A DNA stretch of 64,000 nt, from contig NC_043012.1 in the NCBI RefSeq assembly GCF_006345805.1, positions 47,740,001 through 47,804,000 of the forward strand. Reading direction: 5' to 3'. The notes below the pieces were generated by a model. The model saw nothing but the letters and a program-made list of their open reading frames with translations. It was not told the origin of the DNA and did not search any database. The translations under genes were made by a program, and so were the position numbers. The stretch comes from Octopus sinensis. Its lineage: Eukaryota. How positions within the stretch are numbered: position 1 is the stretch's first letter; each line of letters begins with the position of its first letter. Below are positions 27,570 to 41,076 of this stretch, one piece after another.

Positions 27570-28790
27570 TTATGTTTGGTTTTTGCATTGTATTTGTACA
27601 AGTTGGCTCCAAATCTGACACAGAGACATTAAGAGACAACAGTTTAGAAGTTCATGTTGGTGTTATGCCTAGGATGTCATGTATTTGATTTTGTACATAG
27701 TATTCTTCTAGAGAATGATTAAGAAAACATAAGAAAATTATGTGTTTATTTTAAAATTTGAGATTACAGAGACAGTATCTTATGTAGGATATAAGCAGTT
27801 CCCATGAGCACTATCTTTTGAATTTCTACCATTTTGGTGGTTCCTGTATCTGAGCTAGGTAGCAATCAGCCCCTTTTGATATCGTTCCTAGGGCACATAT
27901 GACAACAGGTATTGCTATAGTCTTCAGGTTCCACTTTTTGCCAATTTCTATTTCGAGATCTTTATACTTGCTCAGTTTTTGGTAGGTCTTTACAGATTCA
28001 TTTATATCGATTGGGACAGTCATTTCAATGAGGAGGCATGACTTTTGTCTGAAGTAATTCAATAAAATATCTGGCATAGCCATTTAACTTTCTGTCAGTT
28101 TAAATGATGAAGTTCCAGAGCAATGGGGTCTGATCATTTTCAAGCACTGGAGGTGGCTTGTGTTCCTACCAGTTTTTATCATGGGTCAGGTCCAGAGTTT
28201 AGCAAATTACCCAGTGATTTTATATTGTGCTGCTCTATCATGCCTGATGAGACACATTGTAGGCGTAATAAGACTGCACGTGGAGACAATACGATCGATG
28301 ATTTCCTTTTCTTGTTGATATACATGACATGTTGTGCAGCTGCCGTTCTCTAATATATTGGCCTGGTAGTTTCTTGTACGCAGGCATTGATCTTTGGCAG
28401 CTATGATAACAATTCTGTTTCTGCTTTAAGGCAGAAGCCATTTATCATTGATGGGTAAGGTCTTTGTCAACATCGGCATTATTGCCTCTCTTTGGGTATT
28501 TACCATTGAGATTTATTTCTTGCTATTTATCAGTCAGAATATCTAAGGCAGCAGTTTTAGCACGGGTTTTCATACGCTTAGCTTTTTCTGTGCTTGTTTC
28601 TAGTATATCTAATTCTGGAATTTGTTGTATTTGGAATTCACTTAGATATTCATTTGCCTGTTTTCTTACTAGGTGTGATACTTGTTTTCATATTTTGTGA
28701 CAAATCATCAGAGGTTTTCAGGTAGGTGTCTAGGCCAATTGTGGCAATCTTCATTGTTAATTACAGTTGTAAACGTCTATAACTTCCCTC
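27570..28790 (-). mobile_element. R4/Dong-like (RLE-type) LINE 3' end with 3' UTR ending in (AAT)n
   Basis: PDIL...LLIEMTVP.D.N..VKTYQKLSKYKDLEIEI..W..KTI.IPVVI.ALG restriction-like endonuclease motif; RHDRAAQY. Confidence 0.85.
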
Positions 28791-28819
28791 TTTTCATGGT
28801 AGATAAATTAGTTGTATAT

Positions 28820-28932
28820 CGGCCTTCTTCTTCTTCTTCTTCTTCTTCTTCTTCTTCTTCTTCTTCTTCTTCTTCTTCTTTTCTTCTTCTTCTTCTTCTT
28901 CTTCTTCTTCTTTTCTTCTTCTTCTTCTTCTT

Positions 28933-28968
<36 letters not shown>

Positions 28969-28970
28969 GC
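28820..28970. repeat. (CTT)n(ATT)n microsatellite
   Basis: Read directly from sequence. Confidence 0.98.
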
Positions 28971-28974
28971 AGAC

Positions 28975-29470
28975 GTCGCACAGTATCACAGTATACAATA
29001 TCGTGAGGTTGTTGATTGAAAATATTGTGTCCAGCTTTTCCTCTTTCTCTCATGATGATATTTGGTTCTCCTGGCACCGATACGCCGATTATTAGGCATT
29101 GTTGTTTGTCCCCTACTAAATGTTACTATACCCGGTCTTTCGTGCTCTATCGCTTTATCTGTCTGGAAATCAAAGTCCCAGGGGATTTTTCCTTCCCCTT
29201 TTCGTCCATTAATTTTACCGGTGTTTGTTGGTACCAAGCACCCATAACCTCATATCCATACTTACGGTATAGTAGCCAGGGGAGGGTTTGGACTACCTTG
29301 TCGTGTCTACGCTTGTACTCTTTTTGCGCAAGATTTTTCACAAACAGAAACAATGTGAGTCATACTGTTGACCTTCTTCCTTCAGTGGAGGTCCGGAATA
29401 TATTATATTTTACTGTGTCGGTATTCAACGCCTGGTCATGGGCTGCGATGATTAGGCTTTCAGTAATCTT
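28975..29470 (-). mobile_element. R4/Dong-like LINE fragment (CCHC to RLE region)
   Basis: ESLIIAAHDQALNT, AQKEYKRRHDKV, WYQQTP, KIPWDFDFQTDKAIEHERP. Confidence 0.8.
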
Positions 29471-29537
29471 TTATTATTATTATCATTATTATTATTATAT
29501 ATATTATTATTACTATTATTATTACTATTATTATTAC

Positions 29538-29604
<67 letters not shown>

Positions 29605-29866
29605 GAGTGAGAGAGCAGTTCATGCCATCAAAGTGACACTGGGGTAAAATATACGAAGCCCAATATACCCATCATGACTACCCGTCTGATAAGAGTACAC
29701 CAGGCACATGCATCACAACCATGTGTGCGCGACATGGTGATCTCATATCAAGATAAACAGCACATGACCTTGCAGGTGGGGCCCAGTTAGAATTTTCTTC
29801 ACGTTGAGTAGCCCATCCCGCTCAAAAGGTCCCTGAATAAGGGTTGTTTAAGGATGTTGAAAGAAC
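29605..29866 (-). mobile_element. partial copy of the ~557-bp (AAT)n-associated non-coding element
   Basis: Reverse complement of the 3' half of the copies at 46067-46623 and 47341-47897. Confidence 0.85.
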
Positions 29867-29889
29867 TACCCTATTATTATTATTTATTT

Positions 29890-31990
29890 ATTTATTTATT
29901 TTACTTATAATCTGCATGTTTGTTACACTCACTTGTCGAGACAAATCCAGCGAGTGTAGAATAAGCGATGTTACGGTTTGACTGAAAGCTTGGGGAGGGC
30001 AAGTGGCAGGGGAAATAGCGAAATACCTTCATGTGATACAGCACAGACATTTAAATTGATAAGGGTTTTTTAAGGATTTCTCTGAGACATGATTTCCTGG
30101 GGTCTTATGTAGGTGTTTCTGACATCTCTTTTTTATCACACCTTGGGCATCTACAATAACAGGAACAGTTCTCGCTTTAAGATACTACCTCTTTTGTATT
30201 TCTTTTTCTAGGTCCTTATATTTACTTAATTTGTCAAATTCCTTTACACATATTTTTATCAGTGGGAACACTAACATGTATTAGTATTTTCTTTTTCATG
30301 ATTATGTCTGGTCTATTAGCGTGGATCGTTCCGTCAGTTTTGACTGGAAAATCCCAGAGGAAAGAGACATTTTTACCTTCAACGACGGACTCAGGATGAT
30401 GTTCATGCTAGTAAGCAGGAGTGCTGATTTCGCAGTGTTTACATATTTTCCAATGTAAATACTCCTCCCCTATCTTGGCGATGTTTGTATTCGTTTGGTG
30501 TATTCGTCAAATGTGTCGTAGAAATTACATATAGGATCAGAACCGTTTTGAAGAACGCTAGCCTGGTAGTTTTTAATAAGATAGCTTCGATGTGAAAACT
30601 TCAGTCTCTTCCTTCACTCCTGATTTTCTCAGCCACTGATGGGTTGTTGCTTGGTCCACGTCAGCATTTTCACTTCGAAATATATGCTGTACATGGAGAG
30701 GATTCTGGCTCCACAGCTCCTCAATTTGTTTCAGCCAGTTGTATTTTGCAATCCTACTTAATCGGTTTTGCTTCCTTGGTAGCTGTGGTTTCAGATTCCT
30801 CCTCTAATTCTGGGTTAATGCCAAGTTCCCTTGCGAATTTGCAAGTTCCTTGACAATAGAATGTGAGGCTTTGCAGCTTCCGTGCTTGCACACAAGACGG
30901 GTAAGCTCTGTACAATGTAACTACTTGTTCATTGCTGTTGTGAAGGTGTTATAACAATTCTACCCTTATCATTTCACCTCCTCCATTACTTCTAGGTAGG
31001 TAGAGACGCTCAACGTCTGCTTTTGGGTAGTAATTGTTCTTAGATGTTAATTTTTCTTTCTGTCTAGGCGTTGGAACTCTGTAAAATTCCAGTTAACGAT
31101 GTAAAACTATATTGGACAACTAGAAGTGCCAAGGTGTTAATGGCTACGATGCGACTTTTGGATTTTAGTTCAGGTTTTAGTATGTGGTTCTTTCTTACTC
31201 CTTTCTTATTTTCCCTTCATAATAGCGTATTGTATGCCATCTCCTTTGTTTGTACCCAGGTATCTCTAGCTTTCATGTGGGTCAAGATACTTGATGTTAA
31301 CGTCGGTATCTGTTTAATGGAAACCCTTTGTCTGAGCTTGCCTCCTACAAAATTTCTTTAGCACACTTATGAAGACCAAAATCCATCCCGGTGTCATTGC
31401 TGAAATCTTTGACAGCTGTTAGCAAACCTACTAGCTCTTCATCATTTCTGGCAAACAACTTCAATTCTTCCATATAAAACAGATGCTTTATTGTCATATT
31501 ATATGCATTGAGCCCATACCTAGTGTATTTCGTCGAGATTCTCAGGGTTATTCACATTATGTATAAAGTTGTCACAAGAAAAGTCTGCAAAGTTCTTTCG
31601 ATCCTATTTTGAGGTATTTCAGTTAATTTTGTCTTCTTATCACGATTTGCAAACATTTGTGCATCTGGTGTATCTGGACATCTACACTTTACATAATATC
31701 CTAACAGAGAGCATAGGAGTTGCCCTTGCTGCGGAAACATAACCACAATGTTATTAATAGACTAAATATTCCCAAGAACTCTGTGGAAGATGTTAAATAG
31801 ACCGACAGAATTATTCGCCTATTTAAGGAGAAAATGGCTCGTTCCATGTACTTCCGCATTGTTTCCTGTCACGAAGTCTTTGTTTCAATGCTTTAAACAC
31901 CACGTGGCTTTGGTTAGAAACATTTACACATGTCACTGCCATGCAGAGGGTCAAACTTCAATACTTGTTGTTGCAAAACGATCTCATTAG
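29890..31990 (-). mobile_element. R4/Dong-like LINE, RT to RLE region, decayed
   Basis: HLFYMEELKLFARN (cf. HLLYMDDLKLY), ADVERLYLPRSNGG, EKLSKYKDLEKEIQ. Confidence 0.8.
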
Positions 31991-32624
31991 CACATAGAAT
32001 GTATGTGCCAACTTGCAATAGCGATTTAACGATCGACACATTGTACAAAATATCGAACTACTTATTCCAAAACCCTGTTAATGGCGATTAACTGTAACAC
32101 CTCTTTCGTTGATCATACCTATGTTTGATTGATATTCATCAAAGGTACTTTATGATCTCCCTTAAATTTGTCTACACTACCGATGCTAAAGTAATGTATG
32201 CTGACTCAAAATAGATACAGAATTATGTTGTTTTGTTGTATTAAATATTTACCAAAATATGACTTATTAATATAACAAATATATTATATATCGTTGCGCA
32301 AATATATGTTTATATATGAATGTGAATGTTTCCTCAAATATTCTCCATCTTCGGTTACAGTGTGTTTTCGCGGAAGACCATAGAAAGTTAATACATAAGT
32401 AGAAGTAAATTACACAAGATGTTCTATATACATAAAGTAACACAAAAGTCATGATATCCAGACTCACCTTCGAATACAAAGAAGACATCTTTGAGCCATT
32501 CCCTGAGCAAGAAATTGTAAAAACTATTTACCTATTAATATACAAATTGATCTATCTATCAGTCTGTCTGCCTCTCTGTGTCTCTGTGTCGTTTTGTATA
32601 TACGTACTCTTTTGTTGTATTATT

Positions 32625-32814
32625 TATTTCAGTTATTTGATTGCGGTCATGCTGGAGCACAGCCTTGAAGGGTTTTAGTCGAATAAATCGATCCCGGGAT
32701 TTATTTTTTTGAAAGCCTAGTACTTATGTTTTGGTCGCTTTAACCGAGCCGCTAAGTTACTGAGACATAGATACACTAGCTGCGGTTGTCGCAGACACAA
32801 AATCATACACATAC

Positions 32815-32850
<36 letters not shown>

Positions 32851-33015
32851 GACGAGTTTCTTTCAGTTTCCGTCTACCAAATCCACTCACAACGCTTTGG
32901 TCGGTCAGAGCGTATAATAGAGAATACTTACTCAAGGTGCCACGCAGGGGGACTGGACTTGGGACTAATGTGGGTGAGAAGTAAACTTCTTACGACTCAT
33001 TCACGTCTGCGCCTG
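32625..33015 (-). mobile_element. tRNA-derived SINE with internal (TA)n
   Basis: Head at 32850-33015 and body at 32625-32800 match, in reverse complement, the plus-strand copy at 61210-61590. Confidence 0.75.
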
Positions 33016-33060
33016 AGTATGTGCAAATATATAGGGATGTTGCGGATTCGAGGAGTCGTT

Positions 33061-33113
<53 letters not shown>

Positions 33114-34779
33114 TCTGCTGTCAAAATGAATAAATTCTAAATGCGCTAGATAAAACCGAATAACGTAAAGGATTATTTATATATTAAACAGAAATTTGAG
33201 TAACCAAGAATAAAGTTTAAAAAAAAAGCTAAAATGGCGATTACGTAGGAAGACAAAAATAGGTCAACGGAACAATAAACTGAGATCTCACTTCTTTGCA
33301 AAGCACTTCTTTGTAAATATTTGTAAAGAAATTTCTGTGCCTTCTGCAAAATGAATTTTTCATATTCAAGTTAAAAAGTCTTAAAATGTTTCATTAGTTC
33401 TGTCTTAAATTCAGTGAGAAATGCAATCGAGAGTGACTATAGTAATATAAGCGAATAAAAGGAAATATATTAAAAAGAGATATGATGAAATACACTTTGG
33501 ATGAAACATAATGCTACATAATGTGTAAAATGTAAAGATAGCCGGATAGAAACTTACCTCTTAGGATAGGACTAGTATAAATTTGTCGATTTCAAATATG
33601 ATAGCGTTAGTGCGTCTGAGAAGATAAAAATGCCTGATGTGATAAATTCGTAACCCAAGGAGAATAGTATATACTTTTGGATCCTCATACATTTCGTGCC
33701 AGAAATATCCCTTTCTTCCTTACACTATTTACAAAGGCATTAATTTACACGCTAAAATTTACACCCATAAAATTATCTGGTAAATTTGCATGCTAAATCG
33801 CCAGAAATCTTCTTTCCCAATGCATAAATTTTGTATTAGAGAATTTTCGAACAGAATTTTTCGATTGAGCTACTAAAGCCCTATAATATTTCAAGCCTAT
33901 TTAATTTACATACCCAGACTAACACCTACCCCAAATATTTATAGATCACAAAGATAGCACATGATTTCTACCTATATACATTTGAAAATATAAGCTAGTG
34001 TATAATTCACAGTAAATATCATTTGTATGTATAATTTTTACATGCATGCCACCATACTAATCTGTGATATTTATTAATAACGTCTTGCATACTGAGTTTC
34101 TTGGATTTTATAAGCAGCTACACAATATTAATTCAATGCGACATATTCATGCACACAGTCACATACACGCACTGACGCAAACACACACGCAGGAAGGAAA
34201 TATACACACACAGAAACCCATACATTCCGAAGGTATATACCAGTTATTGCGTATAAAAATATGCGATTGTGAGAAAGAGAAAGAAAAAGAAAGAAAGAAA
34301 GAAAGAAAGATAGCGAGAGAGAAGGACATATAATTAAATATGATTGCAATGTAGAGAATATGAAGATAAGCGAATGTAGAACGTAATAGAAGCAATGTAG
34401 AAAGGGAAAACGAAAGAGATAGACCCAAAGGATGAAATATATGCAAGAAAACGAACAGAAGGGAAGTAAATGTTACGGGTTTAAAGCGTTTATCGAAGAC
34501 AAGTAAAAGACATCAGACAGGGGAAAACAGTAAAAAAGCCAAATTTTCGACATCTGTTTACAGTGCAGGTTTAGTGTAAAAAGGAAGTTGGAAAATAAGG
34601 TATTAGTGCCATTGGTGGACACAGCCTGGGACATGTTGAGTACATGTATAGCAAGAAGTAGAGAGAGAATAAGGAAGACATATTGAAAGGAAGACATAAA
34701 AAAGTAAAAGAGAAGGTGTGTATATATCTGTATATGTGTGTTGGATTAAAGCATTGAATATTTATGTTATTCTGGGTAT

Positions 34780-34946
34780 TAAGGGGTGTCAAAAAGTTTC
34801 TGGCTTTGGGTTAAAAAAATACAGGAGTAGTCAATTATATTCAGCATGTTCCCCTCTCAGATCCACAAACTTATGGCAGCAGTCTTTCAGTTTCTCCAAG
34901 AACTGTAAAAGAACTCGGAAGTTTGGTGCTCCAGCACCTCCTCGTA
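34780..34946. mobile_element. mariner-derived MITE
   Basis: Left end TAAGGGGTGTCAAAAAGTTTCTGG resembles the mariner TIR at 2430-2464; right end CACCTCCTCGTA. Confidence 0.55.
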
Positions 34947-36189
34947 TATCACAGTACAAGAATAACATTTTCTTGTTTTACGCATGTATGTTTTTTTTCC
35001 TTTTTATCCCCTTCATCCGACTGTTTCTCGAATATCATATTACATTGCATTCATCCTACCAATTTTGATTCATTTTATCTTTGTTTTATTTCACTTGCTA
35101 TATTAAATTCCTCGTTGACTTCCTTTTCCACATATAAATTAACTACATTTTATAAATTAACAAACTATTAGTTTTCCAAAGCTACAGGAAATACAATACT
35201 TACAAACCATTGCAGCATTTAGTGTCACTTAGACAAAAACATCAAACAACACAATGCCCAGAACCTAGTTGCATTCGAAGTCAACTCTATTCAAGTCTAG
35301 CCATACTGAAACGTTCCTTATTGTTATTGATAGCATAAGTATAATTTACTAACAGATTAAGATTAAAATAATATTATAGCAGTACCAACTGACACAAGGT
35401 CTAAAACTAAAAGTCATCTCTATTTTTAACGTTTATACAATTGTTTTTATTTGTACTGAATCCAGCAAACAAGTTTTAAGATTTGTTCCGTTAACTTATT
35501 TAAACTATGAGGTTAAATAAAAGAAAGCCTACCACGATTCTGTTACTATTTGACACTTGTTAACCGAATCATCCATTAACATGTACCTTCTTTAGCAGTA
35601 GTGGCATATATGTTTTAATGGTAATGGCACCTGTGGAATTAGCTAAATAAATACGCTAATGCTCATGCATCTTTTAACAATGAACTATGAAATCAGATAA
35701 TACCTCGATACCCAAAGCCATATCGAAAATCTAATTTAATTTTAAGACGACCAAGTTTAATTTCAATATAATGAAAATCATGAAATGGTCCTTATATATT
35801 GGTTACGTAGAAATACGTTACTACCGAATAGATTGGGACACCCACTATCTACTCTGGACTATAAAAATTCATCTGTACTTTAGATGTTAATTTTAGCAAT
35901 GTATTTTCATTATTAATAATTCCAGCGTTTCCTATGATCTTACGAAAAACAATTTAATTGCCATATCCTTGCAGTGTGATGAACACAGAACTTCCTGATT
36001 TCGCCCCAATTGAAGCTTATACGTCATTCCTTCGAGTACAGTCGCACTCAATTCTATCCCGTTTATTTTCTTCGCCAGCGTTTGCTAAGCTTCTATATTT
36101 TTAACATTACAACTTCCTCGGTTCCGTTTGATATATTAATAAACAAACGAACGAATTCTTTAACCCAGCCAAGCCAAACTACTATCACC

Positions 36190-36199
36190 ACCACCACCG

Positions 36200-36270
<71 letters not shown>
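36190..36270. repeat. (CCA)n(CTA)n microsatellite
   Basis: Read directly from sequence. Confidence 0.97.
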
Positions 36271-36272
<2 letters not shown>

Positions 36273-36452
36273 TAACTTTGTGGTTTCAAACTTTGCCACA
36301 ATTCTTACGAATTGTTTATTAATAACCAGGTTCAACGAGATTTTGAGTATACAATATAGGTTTTATTAAAAATAAATATTTGACTATACACTATGATTGC
36401 ATTGACTATTTATTTACGTCATGTGTGTGCGTGTGTGTATTTGTTATATTAA

Positions 36453-36815
36453 GGGCTATTGCTACATGTAAATTCCTCGCGCTGTAAAGACTCTGAAAGT
36501 CGGATCTACTTTAATAAATATACACGGTACCGAAATTGAGAGCTTTTGTATATGCAACGTTGGATACGTTTACTGATTCGCCTGGTATGTACATGCGTTT
36601 CATTTTATGTATTCTGAATATGTCTGCGCTGATGAGTAGAGGGTGCATTATGTGCACTGTTCTATGACATCATATGTGATTTGCGGCTAAGTCTGTTTTT
36701 AAGTGGCGACTACCTAGTTACGTCCACCCGCTTTCGCTACCGTGTATATTTATTAAAGTAGTTTTGACTTTAAGAGTCCCTTATAGCGTGAGGCATTTAC
36801 GTGTAGTAACAGCCC
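36453..36815. mobile_element. TTAA-flanked MITE with ~85-bp imperfect TIRs (Kolobok-like termini)
   Basis: TTAA|GGGCTATTGCTACATGTAAATTCCTCGCGC... and ...GCGTGAGGCATTTACGTGTAGTAACAGCCC|TTAA. TIR match extends through CTACTTTAATAAATATACACGGTA. Confidence 0.8.
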
Positions 36816-36964
36816 TTAATATAATGAATGGATTGATATTTATATTTAAAGGAAATAATTAAATATTTTGTACAAATTTTTCTCTTAACTTGTTTATCAC
36901 GCTAGCTACTTGATAAAATCTATATAAGAATTTATCAAGTAGCTGGCGTGATATATAATATATA

Positions 36965-37005
<41 letters not shown>

Positions 37006-37219
37006 CAGTATCGGTATACTTCACCAGTAACTAAGTGTTTGGGAAGCAAGCTTCTAACCACAGAGCCACTTCTGCGCCTAGCGCACATACACACACATAC
37101 ACACATATATATGTATGCATAAACACATGTGTGTAAGAATCATCTAATGTGTATGTTTACATATATTCACAGACACACATCACAATTTTATATCAAATAC
37201 ATAGAAATATATAGATGTA

Positions 37220-38448
37220 TTGTGTTGTCCCGAAAGTACGTGCCGATTTATAGTAGCTTCCTTTCGACTTATTTTAGAACATAGTTTTAGTCCATAAAAT
37301 AGGATTTAATTACACCTCCATTTATAGCACATTTTAAGCAATCTTTTCGCGGAGGAAGGTTTATGTTACTATAATCTGTGTTAATTCTGTAAACCTTTCA
37401 AATGGAAGATAAGAAAGTTCATTTTCGGAACTTGATGCTTTTCTTTTACGGTAAAGGGGAAAATGCCTCACGAGCAACCAAAGAAATATGTGCTGTTTAC
37501 GGTGATGTTTCTTTAACCGAAAGAACTGTACCGACGTGGTTCGCAAGGTTCCGAGCTGGAGATTGTAGCCTTATTGATAAAGAGCGATCAGGCAGACCAT
37601 CCACTACTGATGATGACCAAATCAAGTCATTAATTGAGAATAATCCACATTGCACAACCCAAGAATGGGCAAAAAACCTTAGCCTATCTGTCGTTCACGA
37701 GCCCCTTGTAAAGCTTGGGTACACAAATCGCTACGATGTTCGGATACCACATATGTTGAGTGAGAAGAACCTTTTGGATAGCATTTCCATCTGTGATTCG
37801 CTTTATAAACGGAATGAAAACGCGCCTTTTTCCAAGCAAATTGTGACAGGTAATGGGAAATGGACTATCTACCGAAATGTTCAGAAAAAGCGTTCCTGGA
37901 GTAAGCAAAATGAGCCACCCTTAGCCACCCCAAAAGCAGGTTTTCACACCCTAAAAAAGGCTTACTTTGTGTCTAGTGGGATTGGAAAGGAATTCTGTAC
38001 TATGAGCTTCTCCCAAGCAACCACTCAATTAATTCTGAGAAATATTGCATACAACTGGAAGAGTTAAAAGCAGCAATTCAAGAGAAACGTCCAGAATTAA
38101 CCAATAGGAAGGGTGTTGTTTTCCAACATGATAATGCAAGACCGCATGTGTTACCCCACCCTCCATATTCACGAGATATTGCTCCTTCAGATTTCTACTT
38201 ATTCAGATCTCTGCATAATAGCCTTATTGGTAAAAATTCATTTCCTTGGATGAAACCACCTCAATTTCATTTCCTTGCCATGAAACCACATCAATTCTGG
38301 GAAGAGGGTATTTTCAAGTTAAAGGAAAGATGGAGACGCATCGTGCAACAAAATGGTTGATATTTGGTTGATTAAAAATGTAATGGCAAGTATTTATTGA
38401 CCTTTCTCTTTCCTTTAAAAATCATCGCGAACTTTCCGGACAACCCAA
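37220..38448 (+). mobile_element. near full-length mariner element
   Basis: TA target duplications at 37218-19 and 38449-50. TIRs TTGTGTTGTCCCGAAAGTACGTGCCGATTT and AAATCATCGCGAACTTTCCGGACAACCCAA. Confidence 0.95.
37402..38360 (+). pseudogene. mariner transposase, inactivated
   Basis: HFRNLMLFFY, WFARFRAGD, RSGRP, RIPHML, TGNGKW (catalytic D lost), HDNARPH, HPPYSRDIAPSDFYLF. Only 19 residues between 2nd and 3rd D instead of 34; frameshift near 38000. Confidence 0.92.
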
Positions 38449-39715
38449 TATTACACTACATATTTCTGGAATAATTATATTTTGCCCATTCTGCTGCCGT
38501 TGTATTTCATCTTATGCGATCTCTGGTTAAGTAAAACTAAGATAAAAGGCATTCCACCTACGAACATCCTTTCACGTATAGCTTATCTACGATTCCATAA
38601 TCCAAAATGTCATTCCTTTCTTAAGGCGCTAGACAATGCCATTTAGACCAAATTTGCTTTGTATTTCTAGCACTTCACATGACCTCACTACTGACTCTGT
38701 TATCTTTACTCTTCTTGTGTATCTTGAAGTAAACCCTAATCACAAAATCTGTTGGTTAAAAATCCTTCCGGCAGTGATCCACTTGTCCAGTGAAAACATT
38801 TTAATTTCACTTGTTAAATTGCATGAGTTGTTAGGAATTTGGCTATTCTGCTTAGTAGTTAGTTTCATCTTGCATTGGAACTCTGCTAGTGCCATAATGG
38901 AGAAACTTTTTTTAATGTAACTCTTAAAGAAAATCAATAAAATTGAAAATACTGACAATGGAACTGGCAAAGAATTTATATAAGCAACAGAAAGTAATGT
39001 ATAAGAAATATTTCCAATATGTCTAAAACAGGATCATGAAAAAAGTGTACTGACACATATGATCTTCGTTGAAGTGAAAATTGTATTTTTCACATTTTCA
39101 TTTCAATTAATTAGTGAAGGTATCTAAATCAACATGGTGCAAACGAAATGGAAAACCTTTTATTGGGGAAGAAATGAGAGAAATTTGTGAAGTCAAAAAT
39201 AGAAGCCACATTACGGTCAACTCACAGCTTGGTGTCTTAAAAATGGATGGCAGTAGATTTGAAAATTGAGATACTATTACCCAATTCGGTTTGATTATAG
39301 GTCCGCTCATTCAGTCACGAACTGAAATTAAGCAATAGCATCAACAACGACAATGATCTTTGGTCTAAGTTTAGTTCAGTTTATTTAACGATCACGAAAC
39401 AATGAATTCAGTAATAAACAATTCGATAGAAAAGAAATGATCGTTATCACCGATAAATTATTTTCATTGGCGCCAATGGGACAAATGTAGTTGAAGCGTC
39501 AACTTAAACATCCACCGCTGTGGTTGTGGCAAAGAATAGATTTCGAATCTTTGGAAGCAATGTTTCCCTTATGTGGGCGCTGTTCGAATATTATTAAGCT
39601 TCCGCTACAGCCTTTCAATTTATATGGCCCACTGGTTTCTCATTTGGCTTTCAGCAAAGAGTTCTTACATAACTAGAACATAGCCAAACTTCTCTCTATG
39701 TGCTACGATATTTTC

Positions 39716-40160
39716 AGGCGGTGAGATGTCAGAATCGTTAGCACGCCGGAATGCTATACAGTAATCCAGCGCCGTATTGCTGTTCACTTATCGCGGTTTA
39801 TTATTTAAGCTTACATCGAATCCTCTGTGGTCTTGTTTTGCATTTATAATAAAATAAATATATATAAATTATAAAGATAATTTTTAAAAATATACAGTAC
39901 AGTACTGTTTCTACTTCGCGGATTTTCACCTGTCCCGGTGGGGTTTGAAGCGTAACATCGGTGATAGTCGAGGAACGACTGTACAGCATTTTGTCCCTCT
40001 TAAAGTTCTGAGTCCAAATTCCCCAGAAGTCGACTTTGCTTATATCGATTCCGAAGGGAGTCGATAAGATAAGTATGAGTTAAGTATTGGAGTCGATGTA
40101 ATCGACTTACCCACTCCTACGAACTTGCTGGCTTTGTGCCAAAATTTGAAACCAATATAA
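39716..40160 (+). mobile_element. tRNA-derived SINE interrupted by a MITE
   Basis: Head GGCGGTGAGATGTCAGAATCGTTAGCACGCCGG; body resumes after 39983 (GTTCTGAGTCCAAATTCC...GTCGACTTTGC). Confidence 0.7.
39759..39981. mobile_element. Tc1/pogo-type MITE nested in SINE
   Basis: TA|CAGTAATCC...GAGGAACGACTG|TA, imperfect CAGT termini, no ORF. Confidence 0.6.
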
Positions 40161-40719
40161 ATTACGATATTTAAATATATATCATTATACTTTCCAACTA
40201 GGTGTTTTTAATATCAACTGTATGAAATATGTTAACCTTAACTAAATATTATTTGACATGTTGATCACATCGCTAAGTAATTTTGCAGTATAATTTAGTC
40301 ATGAAAATTTTCAAATTTCCACGCCGAAAATACAGAATATAACATTCTATATTACGTTACTTGTAATGAATATTTCGTCAAGTTAATGAGCTGCAGTGAT
40401 GTAATGATTATTTCCTGATACACCATGATATGTGAATAAGTATATATCATTTAGGTTAGTATTAACATATTTAATTAAAGTTAATGAGAAATACCAATGT
40501 CATAATGATAATAGTAGTCAATAACTAACGTCATTTTAATTAATCCATCAATTAGCGAAGGCAGTCACAGGCAGGGTTCGGTCTAATTAGATATGCTCAA
40601 CAAAACAACCACACGACCGTACTTCTCTGATAGTGATGAGAGAATAAATATTTAAATGTATTATTGCGTACAATTATTGGCGTGAAGACGGCACAAATTA
40701 AGATAGGTGTGTAAATATG

Positions 40720-40747
40720 TGTATGTGTGTGTATATATTTGGATGTA

Positions 40748-40807
<60 letters not shown>

Positions 40808-41043
40808 ATATATATGCATACACATACCTATATGCATATATACTTGTATATTAGTTCTTCAAATCCCGAGTGTCAACATAATTCCGTGCATAATGTATGG
40901 GGTATATGTTCCTATTTTATGATTCGTTTAAATGCTTGTGCGTGTGAGTCTATGTAATTATAACCCTATTTCACGAAACCTATTTTCGCTATCAACATGA
41001 ATGTGTCAAATATTCGAAAAGAAACGTTGTGTGCGTGTATGTA

Positions 41044-41076
<33 letters not shown>

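Noticed and set aside
35970-36100. C/D box snoRNA (GTGATGA...CTGA)
   Set aside because: The boxes are ~15 nt apart, with no terminal D box or stem.
39100-39270. Protein-like open frame KVSKSTWCKRNGKPFIGEEMREICEV...
   Set aside because: ~50 codons, no good donor, no recognisable family.
40225-40470. Weak AT-rich inverted repeat
   Set aside because: Short, imperfect and AT-only; compatible with chance or a very old MITE.
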